Translations under genes and position numbers: made by a program
The notes under the pieces: generated by a model
Databases searched by the model: none
What the model saw: only the letters and a program-made list of their open reading frames with translations
Told to the model about the DNA's origin: nothing
Shown: piece after piece, positions 57,550 through 64,000 of the stretch
Position numbering within the stretch: position 1 is the first letter of the stretch
Layout of the letters: the number at the start of each line of letters is the position of its first letter
DNA from: Eledone cirrhosa
Lineage: Eukaryota
Assembly: GCA_964016885.1 (NCBI GenBank)
Contig: OZ024750.1
Coordinates: forward strand, 47,740,001-47,804,000
Reading direction: 5' to 3'
Length of the DNA stretch: 64,000 bases

Positions 57550-58209
57550 TCGTATGTATGATATATTATATGTGTGCCTGTGTGAGTTATATATCTATGT
57601 ACACATGCATGCATCAAAGCAGGTACGAATATATATATATATAAATATATAGATAAAAGAGAGAGAAAGAGAGAGAGAAAGAAAGTGATAGGGAGAGAGG
57701 GGGTGGGAGACAGAGAGAGAACAATGTATATGAACGCAAGTGAGTGAGTGAGTGAGTGAGAAAAACAGGATTGATAGACAGGGAGAGCAAATGAGTGTTT
57801 TGTGGTGTGTGAATGACTGTTTTCGTGTGAGTATCGAAATATATGAATGCTTGTGTGTGTGAGTGCACACTAAATATAAACATTTAAAAGTTTCATCACC
57901 TAATATATGAGATTGGATAAGTTTTGGCGTGTATATAAATATATTTCTAATCGCAAATTAAGTTAAGATGTTCCATCTGAAGTATATTCTTTCTTGAAAT
58001 GCATATATCTCTGTTACAACACACAGAATTCAATTACAGTCACGCAAATTATTCACAAAAAATTAACAACATACAAATACATTCAAAAACATAAATATAC
58101 AGGAGAATGAATAAATGAATCTGAATCGTACCTTATAAGCAATAAGTTTCCAGGAATATATAATTGTGATATATGTTTGCACGCGTGCACACACACACAC
58201 ACAGTGCCA

Positions 58210-58286
<77 letters not shown>

Positions 58287-59111
58287 TGCTTCTTTACAAA
58301 TATGCATATATATAATATGTATGTATATATATATATACATCATGTTTTGTTTTTGGTTAAAACGGAATTTTCAATTTGGAAAATATTACATTTTCTCATA
58401 TCTCATAGATAGAATTTAATCATGTAATCCCGTTATGATTTTCTTGGTGTGATAACAAGTACATTCACCTAGAAACCTTTACAATTTCATTTTACTCTTT
58501 GCACATGTGCACAAGGATTTTGCTTGTATTTGTTCTTATTCTCCTGCTCGTGTCGCCGTTTATGTTTTTATTGTAGATATTATGAAAAACACATTCCCAA
58601 CAGCGCTAATACTTGTGCCTCGTAACAATGTTAATAATTGCAGGTGTTACATTGCGCAAACCATCTCTCAACATAAATGTGTGTTTGTTGGTGTTCATGT
58701 GTGTGCGTTTAATATGCATATTGAGGCATATATCTTTATATATACAGATATGCTGATACACGTATATATACATACATACACATTTTTCTTTCGATACTTC
58801 TTCATATCGACCAAATCACACGTCGTATCACCCTCCATACACACGCACACATGTATATCATGTCTCATACACTGTTCACTTTCCTAACATTTGTACATTT
58901 TGCTGTGTACTATACATGCATCTATGATGAGTTTTAATGCACATGAGCACAGTACACAATCATTTCATTATTATTATTCTCGTATTTTATCTTCTCTGTT
59001 TCTTTCTATCATATGATGGATTCTTTTCATACTCCAGCAAGCTTTAAACAGATATATACCATCATTAATCTTCATCGTTCTCCAATTTCTACCATTGAAT
59101 TTACACGTACA

Positions 59112-59150
<39 letters not shown>

Positions 59151-60085
59151 GCACGAACAAATACACACAAACATTATTTTCTTATTACCCACTCTACTAT
59201 CCTAAGTATCGAATACTCTGGTGCGTTATGGTCCTCCTGGTATCGTATCACACCTTCTTTCTTAAATATAAATATATACATATATAATGTTACCTTTTTA
59301 CACCACCGTTTGCAAATTTCTGTGTTATATGTTTATACACAAGATATGGCTTTCTATAATAATAGTACTAAACACTGTTTTCTGGACCCCTTTAGAAATA
59401 ACCTGCTACTATAATAGCCCCAATAACTTGTATGTAACTCTGTACCTCTTTGACCCCTTTAACTAAATTTTGTCCGAACACCACCACTAGAAGAATGTAC
59501 TTCCCCCGCCAACCCTAACACGCCTCATTAAGCTAACTGCTGCCAAAACATTCTCTCCTTACAATCTCTACTAGTCTGACAGTCTTAAATCCTAGGACTC
59601 CTTCCCCCTTACTCACTTCCCTCTTCCCCTTTTCTTCCTACCTCCTTCTTTCTCTTTTATCTAGTGTATAAAATATGTTCATATCATTCCAATACAAAGG
59701 TCTGACGACATGGTGTGTTTGCTTACAGTGTACCTTCGGTTTATGATAATATTTTTATATTATTCAAATAGCGAGGTATAGGTAACCCATACACTATAGA
59801 AACAATTGTTACCTAATAAATTCTTTATACCCGCATTTCCATTTCATAAACTTCTTCTTTATACATATATATATAAATTCTCAACCCTCACCAAGTCGTC
59901 TCATCAGTTCCCTCACTATTAGAGTATGGGTGTGCCCTCTGATTTGCGGTTGCTTTGTATCCTAATGATGCTACCATTAATCAAAGCATTGAGTGGGTGA
60001 CAGACCAGTCAAATATACACTGGTACTTCCGATGGTCTTCCTTTCAGTATCATTATACAAACATATATGTCAGTGTGTGTGCGTG

Positions 60086-60151
<66 letters not shown>

Positions 60152-60176
60152 TAGATATATATATATATATATATAT

Positions 60177-60281
60177 ATATGAAAAAGTAAGTCCTTCATC
60201 AGTGACCCTCCAAATGTCCCAGGCATTTCATCGCTCTGGGACGGTTGGAGGGTCACTGATGAAGGACTTACTTTTTCATAT
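60177..60281. repeat. ~105-bp palindrome adjoining (TA)n
   Basis: GAAAAAGTAAGTCCTTCATCAGTGACCCTCCAA..TTGGAGGGTCACTGATGAAGGACTTACTTTTTC; each arm contains CTGATGA. Confidence 0.92.
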
Positions 60282-60315
60282 GTATCCCATTTGCAACGCG
60301 CAGCTCCATTATTAT

Positions 60316-60409
<94 letters not shown>

Positions 60410-60774
60410 TCAGAGTGTGTAGGTATGTTTGAGTGTGCGTGTGCGTCTGTGTGTGTGTGCATGCGTGTATGAGTGCGTGTGCACGCACATATATAAGCAT
60501 ATGTATTCTACCATTCCACCCACTTTATTTTCTTCTTCTCATCTATCACCCATCCGAATTAACATGTCTCTCCATCATCTCCACAACAAATAAATCTATA
60601 AATAACATTGTATGAGTTTCATGGTGCTTTCAAACGAATGAAACGTTTCTAGTCCTGTAGAAATTATTTCTGTATGAAATATATCGTGCATACATATTTA
60701 TGTAAGGATGTATACATTTGTAACGGCGATGAATTTGTTATTGATATGAAATCGTGTGATTAAATAAATATGGT

Positions 60775-61165
60775 TATATTTGTCGAAGGTCATGTTGTTA
60801 TAATATTGCCTGAAATATATAGTAAAACACACGCACTATTTAGTTTGGGCTGGTTTTCTATAATTAATTCAGCTGGCAATCAATGTTCATTGATGGACCA
60901 ACACTGAAAAAGGTATATAAATATAGATTCTCAGATCTTTCGTCACACACCTTTGATATCAACAGTGATGTTATTGTTTCCTCCCGTTGTAATGTTGTAG
61001 GTTTCCATATTCTATTGTTTATAATGGAATGATAAACATTGATTGCCAGCAGAATTTATTTAGAAAAATAAATATACTGAAGCGTAAACCAACCCTCACC
61101 AAATATAATGTGTGATTGACTATATATTGCTGGCAATAATATAACAACCACCCTCTCACGAAATA
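60775..61165. repeat. Older, diverged inverted repeat
   Basis: CTGGCAATCAATGTT (~60874) versus AACATTGATTGCCAG (~61036); GTTATAATATTGCC versus GGCAATAATATAAC. Confidence 0.6.
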
Positions 61166-61390
61166 TAAAAATATACATTTGTATTTATAGAGGTAATAAA
61201 GATGGTTTTAGCTATACCTTGTTATTGAATGCTCTTCCGTACAAACATCAATAACCCACGGATATATATATATGCATATATATATATATATATAACGAAG
61301 GAAATGTGGTAAGGAACCAGGTGGACCATAACGCACCAAAGTACTCAATACTTGAGGTAGTAGAGTGGGTATATATATATATATATGCGC

Positions 61391-61421
<31 letters not shown>

Positions 61422-61432
61422 GATGTGTGTGG

Positions 61433-61466
<34 letters not shown>

Positions 61467-61477
61467 ATGTGTGTGGA

Positions 61478-61519
<42 letters not shown>

Positions 61520-62167
61520 CAGCGAATTATGGGCACAGAACAACAGTTAGCAAATACATCACTATAACACTCCAACAAGAATGCATATATCACGCCACGT
61601 TGATCAAAACCACGCAGAGCTTCTCCATATATTAAACATCCTAGTTACCAGTTTCACAATATTTTTTTTTCTATTTATTATTACCTAGAGCTCACACTTC
61701 TATCCCTGGTTTCAGTTAAATATCTCGTCCAATTATAAATGATTTATATAGCATCTTAGGATACTTTGGTCAATAGGAATAAATCATTCTCTGAAGGATT
61801 TCCTGGCTTTAACTAGCTTAATATTTTCCTTCCTTTTATGCAGTATCTGAAAAAATTCGTATATCATTTTGAAGAATTCAATTGTTGTTATTATTAGTAT
61901 TGCATTTTATTCAGAGTGGTATACTATCTAGAGTATTTCGCCCCTTAAAGCGACGTAGATATATGCATTTTCTTTTTTATTATTTGCCGTCACTGATCTT
62001 AAGCATTGCTATTACGTCTGTGATCTTAACACTGCTCCATTATCATGATAAACGATAGAGATCTGAAGCGTTCAATCATTTTATGTCGTCATAAGGAAAA
62101 CTCGATCAACGAACAACGTCTTGATATAACAACGATCTAACAACGACAATACCAATTACTACTACTA

Positions 62168-62600
<433 letters not shown>

Positions 62601-63219
62601 TACGTGCACCAATATATATAGGAACAGACATATATGGTATGGTCAATGTGAAAAATGGTTTTCCCTTGGAAAAAAAATCTACAGTGACTACTTATATAAT
62701 AAATCTGACGTGATCTTAGACATTTTGATCCTCGATTCTTTAGACATTTTTTACCACCATTTTGATCTGCTATGGATAGTATATAGCATATAATAAAATC
62801 CTAAATTATTAAACACTATATACGGTGCTGAATACGTAACTAGGTTTGTTAAAAGGAACGAAAGAACATTGATGTAATATAAATCAGAGAAGCGATCAAT
62901 GGAATGGAAATGGCGTAAACCTGTTGGAATAAATTGACATGTAATGCTACCTTTTCATCTCAACATCTTTCCGACTCTATATAGTTATATATATATATAT
63001 ATATTGGTATAGTGATTACTCTCCCCTTACAGACACGCACACACACGCACACACACGCACACACACGCATATATATATATACACACATAAAACACATACA
63101 CACACATACACAGAAACAAGCAGATGCACACCCGCACATCCACACAAACTAACACGCACACATACGCCCACCCACACGCACGCATAGACGCACACACGCA
63201 CACTCACACATAAGCACAC

Positions 63220-63308
<89 letters not shown>

Positions 63309-63519
63309 CAGCTGGAAAGCGTTTGCGGGGAGAATTATAACCGCTATTAACTGTATTTAAACTTCCGTCTGACGCGTATAATCAATTGCTTTGAAAATAT
63401 ATATACCAACAAATTAAACGAGCTTTTATACAAAAATATAGTAGCCGAAATATTGTGGTAGACGCCTTTTGTTCCGATATATTTTGAATGAAACACTTCT
63501 AATAATGTACAAGCCATTC

Positions 63520-63608
<89 letters not shown>

Positions 63609-64000
63609 CACACACACACACACACATATATATTTTATCCTGAGTTGGTTTTCTCGTTGCTTTGGTCCTTGCGGCTGGCTTAGCGATCGCAGTCACCAAT
63701 TTGCCAAGCTGTCTAAACGTAATGTTAATACTCTAAGGTAAAATACATTACTGAGTGCTTAGCTGCGATTCCCAGTGCCTTCGTTAGCATGACTGCAGCC
63801 AGTGCGCGAACCTGCTGAACTTCCATTTGTACATATATACACATATATATGAATCGACTATTGGTATTTAAAAGTTATATATATATATACAAGAAAATTT
63901 CGCTCTTCTTGGCTAAATACAATAAATGTAATCTGAGTTTTTCGAATATTAATAATTGTTTCTACGTTAGGCACAAGGCCAGCAAATACCCAGTGCATTA

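Overview
AT-rich, microsatellite-dense eukaryotic intergenic or intronic DNA. The repeat content (tRNA/CORE-type SINEs, RTE and R4/Dong LINEs, Penelope-like elements, very long (TA)n/(CA)n/(TAA)n tracts) suggests a cephalopod such as Octopus, which is an inference. I see no host protein-coding exon, and most listed ORFs are microsatellite or antisense artefacts. The window has three layers. (1) Two (TAA/TTA)n tracts act as landing pads for non-LTR retrotransposons. Bases 1-11.2 kb hold R4/Dong copies on the minus strand alternating with two different Tx1/L1-clade elements on the plus strand. Bases 35.6-41.9 kb hold a near full-length R4/Dong element followed by two 5'-truncated Dong copies. 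(2) Many Penelope-like element (PLE) remnants and short non-coding derivatives lie in or beside (TA)n tracts, carry hammerhead-ribozyme (HHR) motifs and have inverted terminal duplications. These include a 466-bp tandem unit with a textbook minimal hammerhead in each copy (retrozyme-like) and a hammerhead with an apparent U3-A8 core swap. (3) Fold-back inversions anchored on (TA)n tracts recur throughout and also affect non-PLE sequence. All coordinates and RNA folds were read by eye; no searches or folding programs were run.
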